Positions 1-12,653 of a stretch of 64,000 nt of DNA are shown here, piece after piece; the stretch's first letter is position 1; each line of letters begins with the position of its first letter. Made by a program: the position numbers and the translations under genes. Origin of the DNA: Eledone cirrhosa (lineage: Eukaryota); contig OZ024748.1 in NCBI GenBank assembly GCA_964016885.1, positions 8,618,001-8,682,000 of the forward strand. The letters are read 5' to 3'. Under the pieces are notes generated by a model. That model had not been told where the DNA came from, ran no database searches, and was given only the letters and a program-made list of their open reading frames with translations.

Positions 1-1
1 T

Positions 2-160
2 TATTTCTATGTTCTTTAATTTACCCTTATGTTCGATTTTAACATGTTGGTAGAGTACAGATGATTCTTTACTATCTTGAAGCTCTCGCCAGTGTTTATT
101 TATCCGTTCTCCTATACTACGAGCTGTCTCACCTATGTATATTATATTCTTATAAATTCT
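2..160 (-). mobile_element. Penelope-like element GIY-YIG endonuclease fragment (runs off the window edge)
   Basis: Manual minus-strand translation gives KNIIYIGETARSIGERINKHWRELQDSKESSVLYQHVKIEHKGKLKNIEI. This has the YIGET..S..ER...H...S.L..H....H pattern of PLE GIY-YIG domains. Not in the ORF track. Confidence 0.8.
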
Positions 161-222
161 TAAGAATATATAAAAGAATATATAAAAACAATAAAAATGA
201 AAATTCAAACAATAATAATAAT

Positions 223-403
223 AATTGTTTCTACTTTTGGCACAAGGCCAGCAATTATCCAAGTGCATTACTGGTACTTTATTTTATCGACCACGTAAGG
301 ATGAAAGGCAAAGTTGACCTCGACGGGATTTGAACTCAGACCATAAAGGGCCATAACTCTATGCTGAAAAGCATGGCGTCCGACCCGCTCCCGATACTGC
401 CAA
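223..403 (-). mobile_element. tRNA-derived SINE, family A, near full length
   Basis: Minus strand has A-box-like TGGCAGTATCGG, B-box GAGTTCAAATCCC, central GCCTTTCATCCTTACGTGGTCGATAAAATAAAGTACCAG, and a 3' end GGCCTTGTGCCAAAAGTAGAAACAATTATT. Many copies occur in the window. Confidence 0.9.
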
Positions 404-445
404 TAATAATAATAGTAATATTCGATTACTATTATTAACCAACGG

Positions 446-536
446 TTTACTTTGCCTTTCATCCTTACGGGGTCGATAAAATAACGTACCAGTAATGCAC
501 TGGGTAATTGCTGGCCTTGTGCCAAAAGTAGAAACA
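446..536 (+). mobile_element. SINE family A, 3' half with 15-bp TSD
   Basis: Flanked by direct repeat ATTATTAACCAACGG at 431-445 and 537-551. Inverted relative to the 223-403 copy. Confidence 0.9.
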
Positions 537-806
537 ATTATTAACCAACGGCCTCATTATGTTATATTTTGTGTTTGATGACCATCGACATCCGTTTGTT
601 CAACAGTAACATCGAGGAATACATTTAAATACATTTAACGAAGATAATTGTATTGAATAAATGCGATATGAGTGACTCCCATCTATAAATGTGTTGATCG
701 ATCAACATTACAGAAACTATGCTGATCAAACCTGTTCGATAATCATCTACCAATGATTTACAAACAAAACAGTTTTCTATATTATTCTAAAATAGAAGGT
801 ATATGG

Positions 807-858
<52 letters not shown>

Positions 859-910
859 TATATATATAAATAGAAGGTATATGGTACATATATATACATA
901 TATATATATA

Positions 911-981
<71 letters not shown>

Positions 982-1440
982 TTGTATGTATATATATATA
1001 TATATATGCCTTGCCATCTCATGTGTCCACGATTTCTAATATACAGTGTGTATGTACATAAGCACTAATTTATATAAAAGTCATTATCTCCAATATAAAC
1101 TGAGTATTTCATTATGTCATATAGAACATTTGAATAGAGTATATTTAATGTAAGAAAGGTGGGGAGAAAGGAGGTAGGGGGAGGTATATCTAAAGTAGGA
1201 AGTTTAAAAGAAAGTGAGAAAGAATAGAAGAGAAACAAAGATAGAATTTGAGAAGAAAAACAAATGACTTTATGAAAAGTATTAAATTATTTATAAATAA
1301 TATTTACAATGAAGAGAAAAGGAAATGTCAGGAATAAAGACGAAAATATTTTAGAATCTTTATCAGGAAATATAAAATACAATATAAATAAAAAATATAT
1401 ATTTACTTAAACAATTAAGTACACTACGAGATAACATAAC

Positions 1441-1795
1441 TTTTACTGTCACACACATATATATTTCAGAATATAGACACTCACTTTAAGGTATGATGCT
1501 ACAAATATCCATTTTACTGTCACACACATATATTTCAGTACATAGACACACTCTTTGAGGTATGAGACTGAAAATATTCACTTTACTGTAACATATACAT
1601 CTCTGAATATAGACACACTCTTTGTCGTGTGATGCTACAAATATTCACTTTACTGTCACACATATACATCTCTGAATATAGACACACCCTTTGTCGTGTG
1701 ATGCTACAAATATTCACTTTACTGTCACACATATACATCTCTGAATATAGACACACTCTTTGCCGTGTGATGCTACAAATATTCACTTTACTGTT
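1441..1795. repeat. Minisatellite, ~69-bp unit, ~5 copies
   Basis: Unit ACTTTACTGTCACACATATACATCTCTGAATATAGACACACTCTTTGTCGTGTGATGCTACAAATATTC. The last three copies are nearly identical and the first two more diverged. Confidence 0.9.
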
Positions 1796-1989
1796 ATATT
1801 CGATATCGCTTGTGGCTAACAAATGGTGTATTTATATTGATGATAGTATGAACCTTTTTAGCTGCCGGCAAACTTGTGCAATATTCTAACTAATGTGAAT
1901 AAACGATATGCAAACATGCTCAAATAAGCACTTCTACAAATACATATCATTATGAAAGAAACATACACTAATACAACACAAACTCACAT

Positions 1990-2027
<38 letters not shown>

Positions 2028-2321
2028 TAGCTAAATCACTGCTTTTTCCTGTTTCTATTTTACAGCAAAGAGAAAAAGTGCGGAAGAGATTATTTTAGTC
2101 TTTATAACAAAATCTTCGTTTACTTCAAACCTATTAATATTTACACATAATACACACAATTCAACTGATGTTTCTATAGAGTATCATTATGATTGCACTT
2201 TTGGTTAACAATCATACCTAGCAATCCAAAATGTTATTCGAAACTAACGGCAAAGAGGAGCTACGAAAATGATCTGGATAAAAATATGATAGTAAATACA
2301 AGAAAGAGTTTAGTATTTATT

Positions 2322-2430
2322 TAGTATTGGTAGAGCGAAGGACAACATACTTTTTGGCATAGAGTTACAGCCCTTTACAATCTGAGTTCTAATCCTGGCG
2401 AGGTTAGCTTTGTCTTTCATCCTTACGGGT
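2322..2430 (+). mobile_element. SINE family A, 5' part, cut off at the central domain
   Basis: GTATTGGTAGAGCG...CTGAGTTCTAATCCTGGCGAGGTTAGCTTTGTCTTTCATCCTTACGGG, then an abrupt switch to unrelated GC-richer sequence. Confidence 0.75.
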
Positions 2431-2510
2431 GCTTTTGTGCGTTTTACTGGAGGAAGTCGAAACCGATGGAGTTGCCAATGCAGGGAGTTGGTGTGAGGTT
2501 GGCCGCGAGA

Positions 2511-2682
2511 GCAGTCGGTCTGAGGTCGGTGGTGTGGTAAGCAGTGTGAGATTGGCAGCAGTCGGTCTGAGGTCGGTGGTGTGGTAAGCAGTGTGAGATT
2601 GGCAGCAGTCGGTCTGAGGTCGGTGGTGTGGTAAGCAGTGTGAGATTGGCAGCAGTCGGTCTGAGGTCGGTGGTGTGGTAAG
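2511..2682. repeat. GC-rich minisatellite, 47-bp unit, ~3.6 identical copies
   Basis: Unit GCAGTCGGTCTGAGGTCGGTGGTGTGGTAAGCAGTGTGAGATTGGCA starting at 2511, 2558, 2605 and 2652. Confidence 0.95.
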
Positions 2683-3619
2683 GACAGTCTGTGTGAACCT
2701 AGGTGGCGAAGAACAACATTATAGAAGACATCCAGCCTGGTGTATCTATTTCTACTGTTCTAAAGTAGTTGGCTAGCTGGGTAGGCTTGCGGTTTCTCAG
2801 TTGCTGACTGGGCTGTTGGAGCCGTTTTGTTGTTTGGAGACCGCATTTTGCAACAATATCAAATTATAAATGTGAGAAAAAAATAGACAAAATATACCTA
2901 ATTTTTTAATATGCATATAATATATATAAATATGTTATCGAGATTGACATAATTATGCAGGTCATCTTGACTTATATATTTTGTAAATTTTAATCCATAT
3001 TTTGCCTCACTCCTCAGTATATTTGTTCGCAGTTAATATACATTACTGTCAAAAATACATATCACAGCTCGTCTTGAATTTGTAACATTGAACAATGATA
3101 AAACTTTTTTTCTTTATCGTTTTCTTAGCATTTTCGCTGAGATATTCACTTTCAAAATAATCCTATATGAAAATCTTGTAGAAAAGTTTTAACTTCATGA
3201 TTAAAATGCTGAGTAATGCTTGTTTGAGATAAAAGAAACTAATTGGTCGGGTAGTCGGAGATAGGAATATGTTTCATGTAGCTTCGAATAAAACAATTAT
3301 CTGAAAGAAATGACTGAAATACCACAACGATAATTTTCGTTGAATCCTTTGTATAAAAGGCAAAACAAAGATCTGTGTTTCAATGAATGAAATTTAAAAA
3401 AAAAAATGACTAGCCTGCGGTAAGTTAATTTTTTTTTTATTATTATTCAATATAATAATATATGGAAATTTATTAAAAACCGTTGCATTTAAAATTATTT
3501 GTTTTCCACAATCGCAGATGAAATCTCTCAGACATATCAAAATTGTTTACCATTACACAAACATAGAAACACTCACACATCATGCGTTCATAATAAATAT
3601 TACTTGATTACGTATACAT

Positions 3620-4622
<1,003 letters not shown>

Positions 4623-5169
4623 GTAATCACACAGACACATATATTATATGGATATTCATAATTTTGTGAGATATAATTTAGTATAATGAAAGCCTGAGTG
4701 TATATATTATGAATATTTTCAGCTATGTATGTATAATGAATTATCTAATGTTTGGTAAGATTTATCATTATGACAATATGTGGTCTGTATTTTATCACTT
4801 AATGCAGAAAGTACTTTACATATTCATCTATGGAGTCTTCACCTCTGAAAGCTGAGTCTATTGAAAAACACAAACGCAACAAACAAACAAGTTCTCTGGT
4901 TTGTATGAAATAATTATATATGTTCTAATAAATATTGATATACTGGGATTATTTTAATAACACAGCTACTTTCATTCCTAACTTTAGACTTAAACTTAAA
5001 CTTCCATTAATTTCTTTATAATCTAGACTCTATATTATTCTTTAGCGGCATAACTACCAATGTTGGATCTCCATCGGTTCCGAAGAAGAGCGATCAACTT
5101 GTCTTGTAGTACAACTGTTGTTGTCGAAACTTCAGAATAGCATGCTCATGAAATGGAAGCGCAGGTCGT

Positions 5170-5388
5170 TTGGTTAAGCATTCCCCAAACATGTAGATCC
5201 TTAACGTAATGCCCAGGAAGGTTGAAAGTGCCACACTGAGTGACAAATTTGGCTGGTACAATTCAATTTTTGTCAGCTGAGAGGACTGGAGTGACGTGAA
5301 ATAAATGTCTTTTGTTCAAGGCCAAACCGAGCCGACAATAATCGAACTCACAACGTCACAATTTAACCATTAAACCACGTACGTTCAC
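5170..5388 (-). mobile_element. Degenerate SINE family B (CORE-like) copy
   Basis: CAGCTGAGAGGACTGGAGTGACGTGAAATAAATGTCTTTTGTTCAAGG...ATCGAACTCACAAC aligns by eye with the copies at 55923-56058 and 60856-61094. Confidence 0.65.
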
Positions 5389-6261
5389 AACAGCAAAATA
5401 ATTTGATCATTGCTGGTCAAATTGTTTGCATTTTTAATTTCTTTTTCTTTCTTTGGTGGTGGTGGAGGAGCAGCTTTGGTAGAATTAGTCTTTGATTAGC
5501 CCGTTGTATCAGTCATTGAGTTTGTATATTATACAAAATATAATAGAGTAGGGAGAGCATTGGACTAAACGTTTGCTGGTATTTCTAGTAAATAGAAAGA
5601 TTATGTAAAGGCCTTCTCGCTGAATAGAATGATATTGTTTCTACATTCCTCCGTATGTGATAGAACTACCAACTGTGGTAAGGTAACATATTTGAACATA
5701 GGTCTGGTAAATCAAGGTTAAACAACAACAAACAACAAATAATAAGAACAACAACAACTACAATTCCCTTTTCACCATTACTTTATTTATTTTCCTCAGA
5801 ATTATTCACTGGCCTTGAAACTTTGTCTCCGTTTATTAATATTACCTTCCAACACTACACCCAGCATCATCACCACCACCATCACATCCATCACCACTAC
5901 CACCACCACCACCACCACCAGCACCATCGCATCTACCACTAATACCATCATCACCACTACCACCATCACCACAACAATCATCATCATTATTCTCATTATC
6001 AATTCAACTCAGTCAAATCTAACATATAATAGCAGTTATTTTCTCATTATAGTAGTGTTGTTACTAATCACTGACATCTATGTATGTTTGTTATATATGT
6101 ATGTGTGTGTTAAATGTGTGTGTATGTGTGTATGCATGTATGCATATATATATATATATATCATTATGATATATATATATATATATATGTCTGTATGTGT
6201 ATATGTATGTTACATATATATATGTTTATGTATGTTATATATATAAATATATGTGTGTATG

Positions 6262-6325
<64 letters not shown>

Positions 6326-6428
6326 TTATGATATATATATATAAATATATGTCTGTATGTGTATATGTATGTTACATATATATATGTTTATGTATGTTAT
6401 ATATATATATATGTGTGTGTATGTATGT

Positions 6429-6468
<40 letters not shown>

Positions 6469-7082
6469 TTATGATATATATATATATATATATATGTCTG
6501 TATGTGTATATGTATATTACATATATATATGTTTATGTATGTTATATATATATATATGTGTGTATGTATGTTATATATATATATATATATATGTGTGTAT
6601 GTATGTTATATATATATATATATATATGTGTGTATGTATGTTATATATATATATATATGTGTTATATAAAAAACAATGACTAGTTTCAACTTTTTGTTGT
6701 TGAAGCTGAAAATATTTTGTGTTTCATCAGAAAACGATGAAATAACCTGGTTTTTAATTATTATCGTCTCCTTTAATTACATCACATCGTATCAGAGAAT
6801 CGGATGAAACTTACTCTTATTAAGATCTCTTCAATAATTTTATATTGATCTTCAATTGCTATATTATGAAATCATTATCAAAATTCTTCATGGCTAAGTT
6901 ATAATTAGTAACAATCGACATGGGTACCATTGTTTTCTAGCACATTCTTCTAGTTTCTTCTTTTTCTTCTTCTTCTCCTCACTGCCTCCCACCCACCTAC
7001 CTCACTTATCCCCCACCCAACTACCTCACCTCACCCCCTTCATTAATTTCACTGGCTGAGCCAACACTTTCTTCCCTCTTAC

Positions 7083-7141
7083 CTCAAATGGTCTGCCTTG
7101 TTCCACCTGAATATCATAAGTAGCTGTCTGATGATTCTCTA
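7083..7141 (-). CDS. Candidate 59-nt internal coding exon, (V)ENHQTATYDIQVEQGRPFE, product unknown
   Basis: Minus strand: acceptor TGTTTGTTTTTTTCAG, then the exon, then donor GAG|GTAAGA. Only one frame is open (phase 1 in, phase 0 out). Non-repetitive island inside low-complexity DNA. Confidence 0.55.
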
Positions 7142-7363
7142 CTGAAAAAAACAAACACCCAACAACAACAACAACAACAAGACAAGAAACGAAACAAAAC
7201 AAAAAGCAAAAACACAAACCGAAGAAAACAAGAAATAAAATAATAATAAAAATTATTTAAACGAGCAAAGTAAATGTTCATAATGGGAAGTAGGTAAATA
7301 TAATTAACAGGCACACACACGCATACACATACACACATACACTCACACACACACACATACACT

Positions 7364-7399
<36 letters not shown>

Positions 7400-7533
7400 T
7401 TTGTAATCATATGTAAGTATGAATGTAAGGCTGGATGTCTATATGTATATGTGTGGGTATATATAAGCATAAATGCATGTATATATGTATATATATATGT
7501 TTATAATTACACACACATATACACACACACACT

Positions 7534-7586
<53 letters not shown>

Positions 7587-8152
7587 AGAGAGAGAGAGAG
7601 AGAAAATTCACTTTTCATACAATGTTCATTTACATGCATATACAGACAATTCAGAGGGTATAATTTTTCACATAATGAATACAATACAACTATGCATACG
7701 TAAAATACAATACATTAGGTATGTAATTATATTGAGGCGTGTGTATGTCTGCGTGACTGTGTGTGTGCCTATGTGTGTGTGTATGTGTCTGTGTCTATGT
7801 GTGTGATATGTGGTTTTATATCAGTAGGGTATACTGTGTATCTAAGTTAATCAATATAAAATATAAGAAAAGGAATAAACAGATAAATGTATTTTTGAGA
7901 CGTTGTTGTGTAAAAATGTATTCATGTTGATTCGCAAATTTACAATAGTTATAGACGGAATATATTTACATCTCCAAATTACTTTTCGCTTTGAGAATAT
8001 TGTTGAAAAAGTTTTTCGGAACTGTCCAAAAGAAATGTATTGCTTTTATAGGAAATTAGTTCATTTGTTTAAATATTAGAAACTCACCCAATAAAGCTAG
8101 AATTATTGTAAAAACCAAAAAATACAAAAACGAAAACGAAAAATGAATAATA

Positions 8153-8192
<40 letters not shown>

Positions 8193-8635
8193 TATACATA
8201 AAATATGTAATATATAAAACAAATGAAGCAAAAAAAAAAAAAAGTAATAGTAATTTATGCCGAAAGAGAAGAATGGAATATAGCAAAACGCTGTGAACCT
8301 TTTTACAAACTCAATCTAACTACAATTGTCTAATATACTAATATTTTATTGTTGTTGTGGCAGTTTCTTATCTTTGATGAAACGATCCTTGTCTATATTT
8401 TTGTATTGTAACTTTTGGATGGGTACTGGGAATATATGTCGGGGGGGGGGGGGGGGGGTAATTGATCTATCTACTGAAATATATTTGTAGATAGCAGTAG
8501 AAATTTCGCGCATACACACACATACACACACTCACATACACTCATACAATACACTGATAGAAACAAAGACACAGACACACACATATATTTATATATATAT
8601 ATATATATTTGCATACATAGAGATATAATGATATG

Positions 8636-8708
<73 letters not shown>

Positions 8709-8937
8709 TGTGAATTTTTTTACCAAATTACTTTCCAGATTCAAGATAATTATTTCATTATTTCGGGTGAAATTCAGCCATTTACCATTAGGAATCAATT
8801 GCAGGGAGAAAGTCTTTCAATTTAGAGAATTCAGTTTCGTCATTGTCTTCAGTGATATGACCATTATTCTCCAATTACATACATGATTTCACACAAATAT
8901 AACTATCTGTACGCCAGTCTAACTATCTATCTACCTG

Positions 8938-9002
<65 letters not shown>

Positions 9003-9019
9003 ATATATATATATATATA

Positions 9020-9064
<45 letters not shown>

Positions 9065-9067
9065 ATA

Positions 9068-9138
<71 letters not shown>

Positions 9139-9159
9139 GGCCGCCTGATTATCTATCTG

Positions 9160-10000
9160 ACGACGCGCTTGGAGAAACTCTAGGCGTAGAGGAGGATGAA
9201 CTGGCCAGTCTGTTCGGTAGGACCTTCTGCTCGGGACCAATGGACAACTTCCAAAAGTCCCTGGCCTGGCAGTGCTACCGAGGAGCTCTACCAGTTCGAG
9301 ACAAGCTCTACAGACACGGGCACCCGGGCAGGGAACCTTCGAAAAAGATCTGTCCAAGATGCGTGCGCGACGAGGAAACCGTCGCGCACGCATTTGTACA
9401 CTGCCCGGGCGTTACCGACCTGTGGGGCTATGTAGAACGACTATTGTCGCGGGTGGGACCAATCCAGTTGACCACCGAGTCCATTGCCATGATCAAACCG
9501 CCACCCTTCTTCAAAAACGAGGGAGAGGCGGTTTTCCTATGTGTTATGGCTATGGTGAAAGAGGTTATATGGTGGACGAGGTTACAAGGGCTGAGGTCAG
9601 ACACCTTTCTCTCCGGCGAGCAACTGATTCATTTTTTCAAATATCATTTTGGAAGAAGAATCAGGATGGAGAGAGAGGTGCTGTACCCCAGCAAATTTTA
9701 TAAAAGGTGGGTGAATGTGGCAAAGATGGCCCGAGTGGTTGGGCCTTCTCTCTATATAAGCCTGTAGGTTGAGGAAAAAGAGGAAGAGAGGAAGGGAGTA
9801 CTCACTCTTGGTGCTCCTGGAGATGAGGGTTGTACATTTTTTCGGGGTGTGTACAACCTCTGTGTAACGCCTCCCCTCCTATTGTGGATTTCAATTGTTA
9901 TTTGTTATTTTATTAATAGCTTTATTTTCATATACCTGTATGTAAACTCCCCATTTGTATTTGTCCCCTTCTTTTGTGCCCTTGTGGCTAATAAAGAAAT
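9160..10000 (+). mobile_element. 5'-truncated L1/Tx1-like LINE (ORF2 C-terminal zinc-knuckle region plus 3' UTR) with 11-bp TSD
   Basis: Open frame to the stop at 9765-9767 contains [17 protein letters not shown]...[18 protein letters not shown], the zf-RVT-type CCHC motif of L1/Tx1 ORF2. The 3' UTR ends AATAAAGAAAT. TTATCTATCTG is duplicated at 9149-9159 and 10001-10011. Confidence 0.85.
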
Positions 10001-10126
10001 TTATCTATCTGTCTATCCTCACTTACCTGGACGCCATTACCTCACCCTTGGGGACTTCTCTTTCAAATCAGTGACACCATTCGTGCCTTCTGTGGCGCAT
10101 GCATATATATATATATGCACACACAC

Positions 10127-10255
<129 letters not shown>

Positions 10256-10257
10256 CA

Positions 10258-10752
10258 CAGGGTGGGTGGAATGAAACTCCTCACTTAAAATCCTTAATAA
10301 TTATTAATTATTGGACGATTTTCATTATAGATATTTTAGTTTGAACTGTATAACGATAGAATTCCAGTACAGTGTTAAATGTCTATATAGGCACCAACAT
10401 TGTCCAGCAGTGATTGTAATGTTCTGGGTGTATCATCAACAGACTTCATCAGGATCTCTGGCAGTATGTTGATCAGTACATTACGAATAGACTTCTCCAA
10501 TTGAGTCAGAGGTTTTCGTTTTGCGCTATAAACTTCTTTCTTCGCTCACTCACACAGGACAGAATCACATGGCGTTAAGACAGAGCTTATTGTTGGACAT
10601 TTTTGTGGAACTGAATAACACAGCCAACGTCCTGGAAATTGGACATCAAGCCATTCACAGACTGGACGTCCAAAATAGGAGGACTCCTGTTTTGCATGAA
10701 TATGAGGTTATTAGTGTTGTTCCAAGTGGTCAAAGTAGGCCAAACGTTACAC
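10258..10752 (-). mobile_element. Decayed Tc1/mariner-superfamily transposon: transposase C-terminus plus probable TIR
   Basis: Minus-strand translation with a frameshift gives LIFMQ...[17 protein letters not shown]...LTPCDSVLCE*AKKEVY...LLDNVGAYIDI* (stop 10375-10377). This matches the FQQDGAPPH..WL..FPGRW..WP.RSPDLTP.DF.LWG pattern. Terminal CAGGGTG at 10258 sits next to a TA tract. Confidence 0.8.
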
Positions 10753-11257
<505 letters not shown>

Positions 11258-11318
11258 GTATCTGTTTCAACACACGTTTTCAGATAAGAACTCTTGCAAA
11301 ACAAATTCAAGAAACGAA

Positions 11319-11364
<46 letters not shown>

Positions 11365-12326
11365 GAAGCCCACATATGTCTACCATAATCCATACTATCT
11401 ATATCTACTAAAATGATTCATCAAATGTTTACTCTGTATAAATATTCAGCAAAATAAGACTTTTCTATGATATTTCTCTAATCAATTTTTAGTCTTTTCC
11501 ACATCTATATATATATATAACTAAATACATTATTATTTCATAAGTTACTCTGCCTCAGACATTGCGAAAATACATGATTTTCTCTATATTTCTGTGACCT
11601 GTCTTTCTCATATCTTTACATTAAACATGTTTCAATATTTTATCCATATTATTTGCACACCATAAAGTCTGAGTTTTTTTCCCAGGTTATAATAAATACA
11701 ATTTCTGTTTGCGAACAACACGTAAAAACACATATATCTGCACAAAACAGTGCTATATGTATGTATATATTTGTATGTATGTATTTGTATGTATGTATGT
11801 ATATGTATGCATATATTTGTATGTATGTATTTGTATGTATGTACATGCATGTATGTATTTGTATGTATGTATATATTTCAATATTAAATTATGTATATAT
11901 ATAAATTATGTATATAAATATGTGTGTCTGTGTGTGTGTGTTTGTGTACGTATAATAACCATAAACATGCTTGTATGTGTGAATACTTACATCTTCATAT
12001 AGTATATTATTATTATTACTATTATTGTTATTGTTATTATTGACATTAAAACAACTCAAACAATCTGACCAAATTTCTTTTTGTCTCCTTCAATATTTTA
12101 TTTTAGTTCTCTGAGAATTCTTTTTGTAATATCCGTTTAGAAAACAATTGTATTGTTCTTTTGCTACGTTTTGTTCTTCATTTAGCATCTTTGTATCTTT
12201 GTCAACCAATTCTTTTTATAGTCTTCTGTGTCGCTAGAATTCTAATTTTCTCTTCTTTCCCTCTGTCTATTCTATGTCTACCATGTTTGTCTCTTTCTGT
12301 CTATCCCCCACTCTCTCGTGCCTCCG

Positions 12327-12450
<124 letters not shown>

Positions 12451-12622
12451 TTGTATAGTGTGTTTGTATAGCTTTCCCTATGCCCTAAGGTTACTTAAAA
12501 GACAACACTTTTTTTCTTCTCCAAACCAAACTTCTAAAATTTTCGCATTGAACCCTGTCTTTGTATAATATGATTACAAAAGAGAATTTACAAAACATGG
12601 ATCACTTCATTGTTTTTCTTAC

Positions 12623-12653
12623 CCTTTGTATCGTCAGCAGATATGTTCGCCAT
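12623..12653 (-). CDS. Candidate first coding segment MANISADDTK (within a putative exon 12623-12807)
   Basis: ATG at 12653-12651 with an in-frame upstream stop, and donor AAGG|GTAAGA in phase 1, matching the phase-1 acceptor at 7141. Possible acceptor TTGCAG at 12808-12813. Confidence 0.4.

Noticed and set aside
4821-4858. Minus-strand strong acceptor with short open frame SAFRGEDSIDEY
   Set aside because: Weak donor, and phase-incompatible with the upstream candidate exon without an unseen intermediate exon.
6816-6859. Minus-strand micro-exon candidate (IEDQYKIIEEILIR) with GTAAGT donor
   Set aside because: It needs phase 1 at entry, but the 7083 exon ends in phase 0. The acceptor is weak.
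8834-8853. Minus-strand CTGAAGA...GAAAC hammerhead-like boxes
   Set aside because: No stem II can form between the boxes.
8883-9159. N-terminal part of the 294-aa ORF
   Set aside because: Read-through of TATC/TA repeats upstream of the LINE's TSD. Only 9160 onward is LINE ORF2.
10021-10090. ACTTACCTGG (U1 snRNA 5'-end-like, or a perfect minus-strand donor CAG|GTAAGT)
   Set aside because: The following sequence does not match U1. As an exon all three frames are closed and the acceptor is weak.
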